Shown here: positions 35,281 to 46,200 of the stretch, piece by piece
Layout of the letters: every line of letters begins with the position of its first letter
Numbering within the stretch: the first letter of the stretch is position 1
Assembly: GCA_963796105.1 (NCBI GenBank)
Contig: CAWCKJ010000009.1
Location: 1 to 64,000, forward strand
DNA from: a candidate division FCPU426 bacterium
GTDB taxonomy: Bacteria > Oederibacteriota > Muellerivitia > Muellerivitales > Muellerivitaceae
Length of the DNA stretch: 64,000 nucleotides
Reading direction: 5' to 3'
Made by a program: the position numbers and the translations under genes
The notes under the pieces: generated by a model
Database searches by the model: none
What the model saw: the letters and a program-made list of their open reading frames with translations, nothing else
What the model was told of the DNA's origin: nothing

Positions 35281-38200
35281 TTACTGTTTCACCAGAATCT
35301 TGAGCGTTTGCCTGGCGATCACGTGATCTCCGGAGTCCTTCTGCTCGGTCTTGCAGATGTAGAGCCCGCTGGCGATCCCAGCCGCATTCCATGCCGCCTG
35401 GCTGGTCCCTGCAACGCCCCTCACTTCCGTCACCAGTTCTCCCGCCAGGTCGTAAATCTTGACACTCAGGCTCAATCCCGGCACCGCACCCTGGAAGGTC
35501 ACGATCTTGATTCCGTCTGTCAGGGGGTTCGGATAGGCCCAAACCTTGGCAAGGGATGGCTTCGGGTTGTTCACCACCAGAACAGAAGTGACGATCATCG
35601 TCTCCCCGCCCTTCCCGTCGGTGGAATGCACTTCGATAAAGTAGTTCCCGTTGGGTACGACCGTCCCATTGGAAGCGTACCCGTCCCAAACCACCTGTAC
35701 CCCATTATTAGTCTTAATGGTTAGTGTTCCGTCCGTCGGGGAACCCGGCTCTAACACCCCGCTGGACAATTTTACCGAGGTGATCACCACCCCCTGGGGG
35801 TTTTCCACCACGCTATACAGCGACCGCACGATCTCCCCTGCTTCGTTGTAGATGTCGATGGTTACCTTCTCCAACTGCCTGCTCACCACCACGTTCAAGA
35901 TGACGCTCGAGTCCACGCCGAACGAGTCGATATTGTCCACCTTGAGGTAGTAATCCCCGTTGGGGACCGGGCTTCCATCCTGGTTCGTCCCGTCCCACAC
36001 CGTGATGAAGTGGTTCTGATCCATGATTGTCACGGGGCTGTTTAAGCCGTTGATCAAGTTCCCGTTCTGAAATTGCAGGTTCACCAAGGGCTGGGAATAT
36101 TCGGTCACTAGAAGGGTCTTCACCAGCTCCCCCGCCTCGTTGTAAACCCCAATTCGAACCGTGTAGTTCCCCATGACCATGAGGGTCGCGCAGGCCGACT
36201 TTGACAAGGACCCCGGGTAGGAGTAGGCCGCGCAGTTCACCAGGGGCCCACCCTGGGTGAAGGTGTTGATGGTGACAATGTAGCTTAGCTGATAGTTTCC
36301 AGGGGCCAGAGTCGGGAAAGTCCAGTTCATGACCGTCACCCCGCCCGCCACGTTCGTAACCGCAGAGGTCCCGGCCGGAGAAGTCCCGAAGGATACGAAA
36401 CTGCATTGGGCCGGCAGGGGGTCGCTCACCGTCAACCCAGTCACGAAGTTATAGGCCACGTTCACGTTCAGGGTGTAGGTCACAGCGTCCCCCGGCAGCC
36501 CTTGGGGCTCGGATTCCAGCTTTTGCAGGGTCACCACCGCGGTAGGGGTGGGAGTCCAGGTCGGCGTAAAGGTGTTAGTGGGCGTGTTGGTGTTCGTCGG
36601 GGTATAGGTTTTTGTTGGGGTATTGGTCGGGGTCGGCGTATTCGTGGGGGTAAAGGTATTGGTTGGAGTGAAAGTGTTGGTCGGGGTGGGGGTATTCGTC
36701 GGCGTGTTGGTATTGGTTGGCGTGTAGGTCGGCGTAGGAGTGTTGGTATTCGTCGGCGTGTTGGTGGGGGTAAATGTGTTGGTCGGAGTATATGTGTTGG
36801 TCGGCGTATAGGTCGACGTGGGGGTTGGAGTATTCGTCGGGGTGTAAGTGTTCGTTGGGGTGTTCGTCGGGGTAAAGGTATTGGTCGGCGTGGGAGTGTT
36901 GGTCAGGGTAAAGGACGGGGTGGGTGTCGGGGTATTGGTGGGGGTGTAAGTGTTCGTCGCCGTGTTGGTATTGGTAGGAGTGGGGGTATTCGTCGGCGTA
37001 TAGGTGGAGGTATTTGTGTTGGTCGGTGTGGGTGTCGGAGTGTTTGTCTGCGTATTCGTGGGGCTGTTGGTATTCGTCGGCGTGTTGCTATTGGTGTTGG
37101 TCGGCGTGTTCGTCGGGGTATTCGTCGGGGTAAAGGTATTAGTCGGCGTAGAGGTTGGTGTATTTGTCGGTGTACTCGTGGGGCTATTGGTTTTAGTCGG
37201 CGTGTTGGTGTTTGTCGGAGTCGGGGTATTTGTGGGTGTGTAGGTAGATGTACTGGTGTTGGTGGGTGTAGGGGTAGGTGTATTGGTCGGCGTATTCGTG
37301 GGGGTGTTGGTATTCGTGGGAGTGTAGCTGGGGGTGCTGGTCGGGTTATTCGTCGGCGTGCTTGTAGGTGTGGAAGTCGGGGTACTCGTCGAGGTGTTTG
37401 TCGGGGTGGGGGTCGCAGTGTTGGTGTTGGTTGGAGTTGGGGTATTCGTGGGTGTGGGGGTAGGCGTACTTGTGGGTGTATTCGTCGAGGTAAAGGAATT
37501 GGTCGGCGTAGGGGTCGGTGTACTCGTTGGTGTGGAAGTGGGCGTGTTGGTATTGGTGGGAGTGTTTGTCGAAGTGGGGGTCGGGGTCGGAGTGTAAGAA
37601 TTCGTCGGGGTAGGCGTCGGGGACTGAGTTCCGGTCGAGGTCAAGGTGGGCGTCGGAGTGTTTGTTGGTGTGGGTGTCGAAGTGGAGGTATTGGTTGGGG
37701 TGGGGGTAGGCGTGTTTGTCGGTGTATTAGTTGGAGTATTCGTAGGCGTGGGCGTTGAAGTGGCCGTAGGTGTATTGGTCGGTGTATTCGTTGGAGTATT
37801 AGTGGGCGTTAGAGTGGGCGTATTCGTAGGCGTAGGGGTCGGAGTGTTTGTTCGCGTAGGTGTCGAAGTGGAGGTATTGGTTGGAGTTGGGGTAGGCGTA
37901 TTTGTCGGCGTGTTAGTCGAAGTATTGGTCGAGGTGGGCGTAGGGGTGTTCGTCGGAGTTGGAGTAGGTGTGTTTGTCGGCGTATTGGTCGGGGTATTTG
38001 TAGGAGTAGGAGTGAATGTGACTGTGGGTGTATTCGTCGGAGTCGCCGTAGGGGTTGGAGTAAAGGTATTGGTAAAGGTATTTGTCGGGGACTGGGTTCC
38101 GGTTGGAGTAAGGGTGGGAGTCGGCGTGTTCGTCGGTGTCGAGGTCAATGTTGGTGTCGGGGTGGTGGTAGGCGTGTTCGTGGGTGTGGGGGTCGGGGTA

Positions 38201-41200
38201 CTCGTCGGCGTATTCGTCGGAGTAGGGGTGGGAGTGGCCGTAGGGGTCGGGGTCGGAGTGTTCGTGGGCGTGGGTGTAGGAGTATTGGTAGAAGTCGGAG
38301 TGGGTGTTGTCGTAGGGGTCGGAGTGGGCGTATTCGTTGGGGTAGGAGTAGGCGTATTCGTGGGAGTGGGGGTGGGTGTTGTAGTGGAAGTAGGCGTTGG
38401 GGTATTGGTCGGGGTTTTTGTTGGGGTGCTGGTCGGTGTGGGCGTAGGAGTTGTCGTGGGGGTCGGGGTCGGAGTATTCGTCGGTGTGTTGGTTGGAGTA
38501 TTCGTCAGCGTCGGTGTCGGCGTAATCGTGGGAGTGTTGGTCGGAGTAGGTGTCGGTGTGAGCGTCGGAGTAAGCGTCGGTGTATTGGTTGGGGATTGAG
38601 TACCTGTCGGGGTTAGGGTGGGTGTGGGAGTGTTAGTGGGAGTGGGCGTCAAAGTCGGCGTCGGGGTGGTCGTGGGAGTGTTGGTGGGAGTTGGGGTTGG
38701 AGTTTTGGTGGGTGTGTTGGTTGGCGTGGGTGTTGGCGTCGTCGTGGGAGTAGGAGTTGGGGTATTGGTGGGAGTCAGTGTCGGAGTATTGGTGGGGGTA
38801 GGAGTGGGCGTGGTTGTTGGAGTGGGCGTAGGGGTGTTCGTGGGGGTATTGGTCGGGGTATTGGTGGGGGTCGGGGTAGGTGTCGTTGTTGGAGTCGGGG
38901 TCGGAGTATTCGTGGGTGTCCGGGTCGGGGTATTCGTTGGTGTTGGTGTGGGGGTGGTTGTTGGGGTTGGAGTTGGCGTATTGGTTGGGGTATTCGTGGG
39001 GGTATTCGTGGGAGTGGGTGTTGCGGTCGTAGTCGGGGTCGTAGTCGGCGTGTTCGTCGGCGTCAAGGTCGGGGTATTGGTGGGAGTAGGCGTCGGAGTC
39101 GTCGTCGGAGTAGGGGTGGGTGTATTCGTTGGCGTCGGAGTTGGGGTTCTTGTGGGAGTTGGCGTGGGTGTTGTCGTAGGGGTTGGAGTTGGTGTATTCG
39201 TCGGGGTCGGGGTCGAGGTATTGGTGGGAGTGGGCGTAGGGGTCGTTGTCGGAGTAGGTGTGGATGTATTCGTTGACGTCGGAGTTGGGGTTCTTGTGGG
39301 AGTTGGCGTGGGTGTTGTCGTAGGGGTTGGAGTTGGTGTATTCGTCGGGGTCAGCGTCGGGGTATTGGTGGGGGTGGGTGTCGGGGTCGTCGTCGGAGTG
39401 GGAGTAGAAGTGTTCGTCGGTGTCTTTGTCGGAGTGTTGGTCGGTGTCGGTGTAGGCGTAATGGTGGGGGTGTTAGTGGGAGTGGGCGTAGGCGTCAGCG
39501 TTGGAGTGAGAGTCGGAGTATTAGTTGGGGATTGGGTTCCCGTTGGGGTGAGAGTCGGCGTGGGAGTGTTTGTCGGTGTGGGTGTCAAAGTGGGTGTTGG
39601 TGTTGTCGTAGGGGTATTCGTCGGGGTTGGCGTTGGAGTCTTGGTCGGAGTGTTGGTGGGCGTAGGCGTCGGAGTGGTTGTTGGAGTTGGTGTCGGGGTG
39701 TTGGTCGGCGTATTGGTTGGGGTATTGGTGGGAGTTGGCGTCGGTGTCATCGTGGGCGTGGGGGTCGGCGTGTTCGTGGGTGTATTGGTCGGTGTAGGCG
39801 TTGGGGTCGGAGTCGGCGTCCTGGTCGGGGTAGGAGTGGGGGTGTTCGTTGGGGTTGGAGTAGGCGTGTTCGTCGGAGTTGGCGTCGGTGTCGTCGTGGG
39901 CGTGGGGGTCGGCGTGTTCGTGGGTGTATTGGTCGGTGTAGGCGTTGGGGTCGGAGTCGGCGTCCTGGTCGGGGTAGGAGTGGGGGTGTTCGTTGGGGTT
40001 GGAGTAGGCGTGTTCGTCGGAGTTGGCGTCGGTGTCGTCGTGGGCGTGGGGGTCGGCGTGTTCGTGGGTGTATTGGTCGGTGTAGGCGTTGGGGTCGGAG
40101 TCGGCGTCCTGGTCGGGGTAGGAGTGGGGGTGTTCGTTGGGGTTGGAGTAGGCGTGTTAGTCGGAGTTGGCGTCGGTGTCGTCGTGGGCGTGGGGGTCGG
40201 CGTGTTCGTGGGCGTATTAGTCGGTGTAGGCGTTGGGGTCGGAGTCGGCGTCCTGGTCGGGGTAGGAGTGGGGGTGTTCGTTGGGGTTGGAGTAGGCGTG
40301 TTAGTCGGAGTTGGCGTCGGTGTCGTCGTGGGCGTGGGGGTCGGCGTGTTCGTGGGCGTATTAGTCGGTGTAGGCGTTGGGGTCGGAGTCGGCGTCCTGG
40401 TCGGGGTAGGAGTGGGGGTGTTCGTTGGGGTTGGAGTAGGCGTGTTCGTCGGAGTTGGCGTCGGTGTCGTCGTGTGCGTGGGGGTCGGCGTGTTCGTGGG
40501 TGTATTGGTCGGTGTAGGCGTTGGGGTCGGAGTCGGCGTCCTGGTCGGGGTAGGAGTGGGGGTGTTCGTTGGGGTTGGAGTAGGCGTGTTCGTCGGAGTT
40601 GGCGTCGGTGTCGTCGTGGGCGTGGGGGTCGGCGTGTTCGTGGGTGTATTGGTCGGTGTAGGCGTTGGGGTCGGAGTCGGCGTCCTGGTCGGGGTAGGAG
40701 TGGGGGTGTTCGTTGGGGTTGGAGTAGGCGTGTTCGTCGGAGTTGGCGTCGGTGTCGTCGTGGGCGTGGGGGTCGGCGTGTTCGTGGGTGTATTGGTCGG
40801 TGTAGGCGTTGGGGTCGGAGTCGGCGTCCTGGTCGGGGTAGGAGTGGGGGTGTTGGTTGGAGTTGGAGTGGGCGTGTTCGTCGGAGTTCTGGTAGGAGTA
40901 GGCGTTGGCGTGGGAGTTGGAGTGGGTGTATTCGTAGGAGTATTGGTTGGAGTGTTCGTCGGAGTAGGCGTGGGCGTTTTGGTAGGTGTAGGAGTTGGTG
41001 TCGGTGTGTTGGTGGGGGTTGGAGTCGGCGAAGGAGTGGGCGTGGGAGTCGGAGTCCTGGTCGGAGTAGGCGTTGGGGTGGGAGTCGGCGTGTTTGTTGG
41101 TGTAGGGGTATTTGTCGGCGTGGGCGTTTTTGTGGGTGTAGGCGTTGGAGTCGGAGTGTTGGTATAAGTATACGTAAAAGTGGGCGTGGTGGCGCAAACA

Positions 41201-42762
41201 ACGGTGATAGCAATGTTGTTGCTGTTCACGGGCCCCCCGCCCGCCCAACTGGCCACACCCTTGTCCGTGACAACCTGGCAATAATCACTGGTATTAACGC
41301 TGTAGGAACCCACGAAAAACGTGATCGGGGCACAAGCCCCGCCTGGCATGCCGGTAACCAACCAACTCAGGGTTGGATAAGTCGTGGATAAAGGATTGAT
41401 TGTCACAGTGTTGCTGCCCACAGTGATCGTATATTGACTGTAATTGGGCCCCTGGAATGCCCATCCCAAAGGATTGGTGATGTTGTCCGTCACAGTGATT
41501 CCGTTGCCAGGCCCCGCTCCCGCCGCGTTGCACAAATTGATCGTCATCGTAATGGCCCCGGTATCCGGATAGTTAGAGGTAGGGCCACCGGTTGTCTTGG
41601 TCAAGGACGGGTTGGGAGGAACCGGTGTGGGCGTATTGGTCACGGTAGGGGTGTTGGTAAAGCAGGGACGGTTCACCGTCACAGGCGGGTTGGAAGTTTT
41701 AGTACCGCCCGAGTAACCCACGCTCGCAGTATTGGAGATCGTTTGGCATTGGTTCCCCAGCCAATAGTAATCCTCCATGCTGGCCATCAAGGTCACGCAG
41801 GAATTGCCTTGGAAATCACCCCAGATCGCTGTGGCCCCGTTTCCAGCGGGTGCCGGCCAGCTGGCCTGTCCACCTATCAAAGAAACGGGAGATATGGCTG
41901 GAACTAACCAGCCTACAAAACCCAAAGGCGCCGTTCCAACTTGAGAATCAATCAGAGTCACGCCGCCCGACGTCACAGGGCCCCCAGTGTCGCAAACCAC
42001 CACTTGAAATGTCACGAACATGTCATTACTGCCATTGGTGACTTGCGAACCGGCGACAAGGGTTTTCGTGATAGTCAGCGTAGGCGGTCCGGCTGTGGGC
42101 TGGGGTGGTGGGATGGTGGTAGCTTGAGTGTAAAAAAGACCCCCGTTGCAATTGGTGGTGCTGTAATCACCATCAGTGGTGGAAGCTGTGAAGGGTACAA
42201 TTTGGCCCGATACGGGATTGAAAATTCCTTGGCCCCAGCAGCAATAACCCGAGGTAGTGTTGACAACAACCGGGGCAATCCAGGTGCCTCCTGTCCCTGT
42301 GTAATTAGTCGCGTACCAGTTGGTTGCTGGAGGCGAGGCTGGATTTCCAGCACTCACGTAATCCATAGATACACCGGCGGTTGAACTGGTGATCTCGGAA
42401 TGATTCCCTCCCTGGCAGGTGATATCCAAATCCCAGGAGGCATAGAGATTGTTGCAAGCAGTGTTTTGGGTAAAAACAGATACATAAACTTTGGCGCCGG
42501 TTAAAAGCGATGTGGGTACTGTGATACAACCGGGCGGGCAGGAACCAGTTCCATCCCAGTTGCAATAAGCGATTTGGCCCAGGTAAACACCACCCACATA
42601 GACTTGGGACCAGTCATCACTGGCTATACAAATCTGTGCGGAAGTAGGAGTGCATTGGGCCGACAACTTTATAGGAACTCCCAATAAAAACAGTACTCCT
42701 AATATCGTTATGAGTCGAATGCCGTGATATTTTCTTTTTTTACATTCTGATAAACTGCTCAT
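35281..42762 (-). CDS. Giant secreted Pro/Thr-stalk protein (2493 aa): Cys-rich head, DUF11-like domains, ~1550-aa PT region, DUF11 + 2 FlgD-Ig + T9SS-like C-terminal domain
   Basis: Signal peptide; TPTPTNTP repeats at ~36541-41190; [37 protein letters not shown] tail. Confidence 0.9.
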   Translation of the reverse strand: MSSLSECKKRKYHGIRLITILGVLFLLGVPIKLSAQCTPTSAQICIASDDWSQVYVGGVYLGQIAYCNWDGTGSCPPGCITVPTSLLTGAKVYVSVFTQNTACNNLYASWDLDITCQGGNHSEITSSTAGVSMDYVSAGNPASPPATNWYATNYTGTGGTWIAPVVVNTTSGYCCWGQGIFNPVSGQIVPFTASTTDGDYSTTNCNGGLFYTQATTIPPPQPTAGPPTLTITKTLVAGSQVTNGSNDMFVTFQVVVCDTGGPVTSGGVTLIDSQVGTAPLGFVGWLVPAISPVSLIGGQASWPAPAGNGATAIWGDFQGNSCVTLMASMEDYYWLGNQCQTISNTASVGYSGGTKTSNPPVTVNRPCFTNTPTVTNTPTPVPPNPSLTKTTGGPTSNYPDTGAITMTINLCNAAGAGPGNGITVTDNITNPLGWAFQGPNYSQYTITVGSNTVTINPLSTTYPTLSWLVTGMPGGACAPITFFVGSYSVNTSDYCQVVTDKGVASWAGGGPVNSNNIAITVVCATTPTFTYTYTNTPTPTPTPTKTPTPTNTPTPTNTPTPTPTPTPTRTPTPTPTPSPTPTPTNTPTPTPTPTKTPTPTPTNTPTNTPTNTPTPTPTPTPTPTRTPTNTPTPTPTNTPTPTPTRTPTPTPTPTPTNTPTNTPTPTPTTTPTPTPTNTPTPTPTNTPTPTPTRTPTPTPTPTPTNTPTNTPTPTPTTTPTPTPTNTPTPTPTNTPTPTPTRTPTPTPTPTPTNTPTNTPTPTHTTTPTPTPTNTPTPTPTNTPTPTPTRTPTPTPTPTPTNTPTNTPTPTPTTTPTPTPTNTPTPTPTNTPTPTPTRTPTPTPTPTPTNTPTNTPTPTPTTTPTPTPTNTPTPTPTNTPTPTPTRTPTPTPTPTPTNTPTNTPTPTPTTTPTPTPTNTPTPTPTNTPTPTPTRTPTPTPTPTPTNTPTNTPTPTPTTTPTPTPTNTPTPTPTNTPTPTPTRTPTPTPTPTPTNTPTNTPTPTPTMTPTPTPTNTPTNTPTNTPTPTPTTTPTPTPTNTPTKTPTPTPTNTPTTTPTPTLTPTPTNTPTPTLTPTGTQSPTNTPTLTPTLTPTPTPTNTPTITPTPTPTNTPTKTPTNTSTPTPTTTPTPTPTNTPTLTPTNTPTPTPTTTPTPTPTRTPTPTSTNTSTPTPTTTPTPTPTNTSTPTPTNTPTPTPTTTPTPTPTRTPTPTPTNTPTPTPTTTPTPTPTNTPTLTPTNTPTTTPTTTATPTPTNTPTNTPTNTPTPTPTTTPTPTPTNTPTRTPTNTPTPTPTTTPTPTPTNTPTNTPTNTPTPTPTTTPTPTPTNTPTLTPTNTPTPTPTTTPTPTPTNTPTKTPTPTPTNTPTTTPTPTLTPTPTNTPTPTLTPTGTQSPTNTPTLTPTLTPTPTPTNTPTITPTPTLTNTPTNTPTNTPTPTPTTTPTPTPTSTPTKTPTNTPTPTSTTTPTPTPTNTPTPTPTNTPTPTPTTTPTPTSTNTPTPTPTNTPTPTPTATPTPTPTNTPTSTPTPTPTNTPTTTPTPTLTSTPTNTPTPTLTPTGTQSPTNTFTNTFTPTPTATPTNTPTVTFTPTPTNTPTNTPTNTPTPTPTNTPTPTSTNTSTNTPTNTPTPTPTNTSTSTPTRTNTPTPTPTNTPTLTPTNTPTNTPTNTPTATSTPTPTNTPTNTPTNTPTPTPTNTSTSTPTPTNTPTPTLTSTGTQSPTPTPTNSYTPTPTPTSTNTPTNTNTPTSTPTSTPTPTPTNSFTSTNTPTSTPTPTPTNTPTPTNTNTATPTPTNTSTSTPTSTPTSTPTNNPTSTPSYTPTNTNTPTNTPTNTPTPTPTNTSTSTYTPTNTPTPTNTNTPTKTNSPTSTPTNTPTSTPTNTFTPTNTPTNTPTNTNSNTPTNTNSPTNTQTNTPTPTPTNTNTSTYTPTNTPTPTNTNTATNTYTPTNTPTPTPSFTLTNTPTPTNTFTPTNTPTNTYTPTNTPTPTSTYTPTNTYTPTNTFTPTNTPTNTNTPTPTYTPTNTNTPTNTPTPTNTFTPTNTFTPTNTPTPTNTPTKTYTPTNTNTPTNTFTPTWTPTPTAVVTLQKLESEPQGLPGDAVTYTLNVNVAYNFVTGLTVSDPLPAQCSFVSFGTSPAGTSAVTNVAGGVTVMNWTFPTLAPGNYQLSYIVTINTFTQGGPLVNCAAYSYPGSLSKSACATLMVMGNYTVRIGVYNEAGELVKTLLVTEYSQPLVNLQFQNGNLINGLNSPVTIMDQNHFITVWDGTNQDGSPVPNGDYYLKVDNIDSFGVDSSVILNVVVSRQLEKVTIDIYNEAGEIVRSLYSVVENPQGVVITSVKLSSGVLEPGSPTDGTLTIKTNNGVQVVWDGYASNGTVVPNGNYFIEVHSTDGKGGETMIVTSVLVVNNPKPSLAKVWAYPNPLTDGIKIVTFQGAVPGLSLSVKIYDLAGELVTEVRGVAGTSQAAWNAAGIASGLYICKTEQKDSGDHVIARQTLKILVKQ
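39731..40854. repeat. Near-perfect 144-bp tandem repeat, about 7.8 copies (48-aa unit)
   Basis: Unit marker (T/C)GTATT(G/A)GTCGGTGTAGGCG recurs at 39781, 39925, 40069, 40213, 40357, 40501, 40645 and 40789. Confidence 0.92.
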
Positions 42763-43269
42763 TAAATCTACCCCGCTTGAATTTTCAAACAGTTTTCAGG
42801 TTAAACTTTCGACAACTGATTATAATCTTTTTAAAAACCATTTTCATGGTAAAAGCTTTAACGATAAATATATGCATATTTTGTACCAATATGGTTACCC
42901 CGAAGATTCTTGAAAGACCTAAAAATCTTCATTTTCCTGCATTTCTCGTTAAACTAGGGTAGTTTTCGGTTGTTCCTTTTGTCAGTTTTCCGAGTTTTTT
43001 GGGCTTTTTTTGACTAGGTTTGAAAACAATGGAATATTCAAGCGGTTTTCTTCGTCGATTCCCATCCCCGCAGAAATGACACATTTAGTTGTTTATTGTC
43101 GATTTTTCCAAATAGATTTTAATCATTAAATGCAGGAAGGTTTTCTTGGGATTATTGAATCAAAGGACAACTGATTCAGTAATAGAGAAGGAGTTTTAAG
43201 ATTAAATAAAATTCTAGAATAACTTTAAACGGCTACACTTGAAAATTTGGTGTTAAACAACCCCAGATG

Positions 43270-46200
43270 TTAATGCTCCACCAGGACCTTAATTGTCTGC
43301 TTGGCAATGATCTTCCCGGTAAGGTCCTTCTGTTCCACCTTGGCGATGTAGAGTCCACTTGAGATTCCAGCGGCGTTCCAGGTCACCCGGCTCGTTCCTC
43401 CAGCGCCTTTCAGCTCCGTCACCAGTTCCCCAGCCAGGTCATAGATCCTCACCGTCAGGTTCACGTTCGTGACAGATCCCTGGAATTCCACTTGGCTGAA
43501 TCCACCGGTTAAGGGGTTCGGATAAGCCCATACTTTCGGTACCGTCTGTTTCGCGTTGTTCAACACCATCACCGACGTCACGATCACCGTCTCCCCGCCT
43601 TTTCCATCGGTCGAGTGCACCTCGATGAAGTATTTCCCGTTGGGTACCACCACCCCGCTTGAGGCGTATCCTGTCCAGATGGCTGTCACCCCGTTATTTG
43701 TCGTAATAATCAGGTTCCCGTCCGTCGGCGATCCCGGCTCCAACACCGTCCCTGACAGCTTCACCCCCGTAATCACCGTCCCTTGAGGGTCCTCCACCAC
43801 GCTGTATAGCGTGTCTACGATCTCACCCGCCTCGTTGTAGATGTCGATCGTCACCTTTTCCAATGACCTGCTCACCACCACGTTCAATACCACGCTCTTG
43901 TCCACCCCGAAGGAGTCCACATTGTCCACCTTCACGTAATAGTCACCATTGGGCACGGGGTTCCCGTTCTGGTCCGTCCCGTTCCATACCGTGATCTGGG
44001 TGTTCTGGTCGTAGATTAATATCGGGTCATTGAGTCCATTAATCAGGTCCCCGTTCTTCAACTGCAGGTCCACCAAGGGCTGGGAATATTGAGTCACCAA
44101 GAGTGTCTTCACCAATTCTCCCGCCTCGTTATACACCCCGATCTTCACCGTGTAGCTCCCCGTCACCATCAATGTCGCGCAGGAACTTAAAGGCGATATT
44201 CCCGGATAGGTCAAGACCGCGCAGTTCACGATCGGTCCCGCCGGCGTGAAACTGTTAATCGACACCGTATAGGTGAGTTGGTAGTTCCCTGGAGTAAGAG
44301 TGGGTAATGTCCAGTTCATCATGGTCACCCCGCCTGATACGGTGGTCACGGCCGAGGTCCCGGCTGGGGAGACCCCAAAGGCCACGAAAGTGCAGTTGGG
44401 AGGAAGTTGGTCCTGCACCACTACCCCAGGGGCGTTGGCATTGGAGACATTCACATTCAAGGTATAGGTCACCATGTCCCCTGAGGAACCGGTTGATTCC
44501 GACTCCTGCTTTTGCAAGGTTAATGCCGCCGCGGGAGTGGGGGTAGGGGTGAAGGTCGCCGTGGGGGTAGGTGTCAGGGTATTGGTATTCGTGGGTGTAT
44601 TGGTGGCTGTAAGCGTATTCGTGGGAGTGGGGGTATTGGTAGGCGTCCTAGTCGGGGTTGGAGTCGGCGTATTGGTTGCAGTATTGGTGGCAGTCGGAGT
44701 GTTGGTATTGGTCGGGGTATTCGTGGCCGTATAGGTGTTGGTGGGGGTGGGAGTATTGGTAGCTGTATTGGTGTTAGTCGGGGTATTGGTATTGGTTGGC
44801 GTATTTGTGTTTGTCGGAGTGTTGGTGGCGGTATAGGTGTTGGTAGCGGTATTGGTATTCGTCGGCGTGGCGGTATCAGTCGGGGTATTGGTATTGGTAG
44901 GTGTATTGGATGTAGTCGAAGTGGGGGTATTGGTTGGGGTGTTGGTGGGAGTGTTGGTATTCGTCGATGTGGCGGTATCCGTAGGGGTATTGGTATTCGT
45001 GGGCGTATTGGTAGGTGTAGACGTGGGGGTATTGGTTGGAGTTGGGGTGGGTGTATATGTTTCCGTCGGGGTGGAAGTGTCTGTCGGAGTATAGGAATTC
45101 GTCGGGGTAAATAAGGGTGTATAAGTCCAAGTAGGGGTATCAGTGTAAGTATCTGTGTACGTGGATGTTGGAGTCTGCGTGGGCGTATTCGTAAAAGTTG
45201 GGGTCGGGGTGGTGGTGGGAGTATTGGTCGAGGTATTCGTCGGTGTTGAAGTGGGCGTGGCCGTTGGTGTGGGAGTAGGTGTCGTAGTTGGAGTACTCGT
45301 AGGTGTTGGGGAAGGTGTCAATGTCGGGGTGACCGTAAAGGTGTTTGTGGGAGATGTCGTCCCGGTTGAGGTATTCGTTGGGGTCGGGGTAACGGTTGGG
45401 GTGGAAGTAGGCGTAGGTGTGGGCGTGGTGGTCGGGGTGGGGGTTGGGGTATTGGTCGGAGTAGACGTAGGCGTATTCGTCGGTGTGGGGGTAGGCGTGG
45501 TTGTGGGAGTTGATGTGGGTGTTGGCGTCGGGGTCCTCGTCGGGGTATTGGTGGGTGTCGGCGTAGGAGTTGTCGTAGGCGTAGGAGTTGGCGTGTTGGT
45601 TGGTGTAGAAGTCGGGGTATTGGTAGGCGTCGGCGTGGGGGTCACAGTCGGAGTGGGCGTGGGAGTAGGGGTTGGGGTCTTAGTCGGTGTGATGGTGGGC
45701 GTATTCGTGGGCGGCTGAGTTCCTGTAGGAGTATTCGTCGGCGTTGGCGTGATGGTAGGGGTTGGAGTCATGGTAGGCGTCGGGGTGATCGTCGGGGTTG
45801 GGGTAGGCGTACGGGTCGGGGTAGAGGTGGGGGTATTGGTCGGGGTTGGAGTTGGGGTCGTGGTTGGTGTCGGAGTAGGTGTATTGGTCGGCGTTGGCGT
45901 CGGGGTTCTCGTGGGGGTCGGTGTAGGCGTTGTCGTTGGGGTAGGTGTGGGCGTATTCGTAGGTGTGGGTGTCGGTGTATTCGTCGGTGTAGGTGAAGGC
46001 GTCAGGGTCGGGGTGGGTGTGGGCGTATTGGTCGGCGTGGGTGTCGGTGTCCTTGTGGGAGTAGGTGTCGGCGTCGTGGTGGGAGTGGGCGTTGGCGTAT
46101 TGGTCGGTGTGGGCGTTGGGGTATTTGTGGGTGTTGGCGTGGGAGTCGTTGTCGGGGTTGGAGTCGGGGTAGGGGTTGGCGTCCTTGTGGGGGTATTGGT

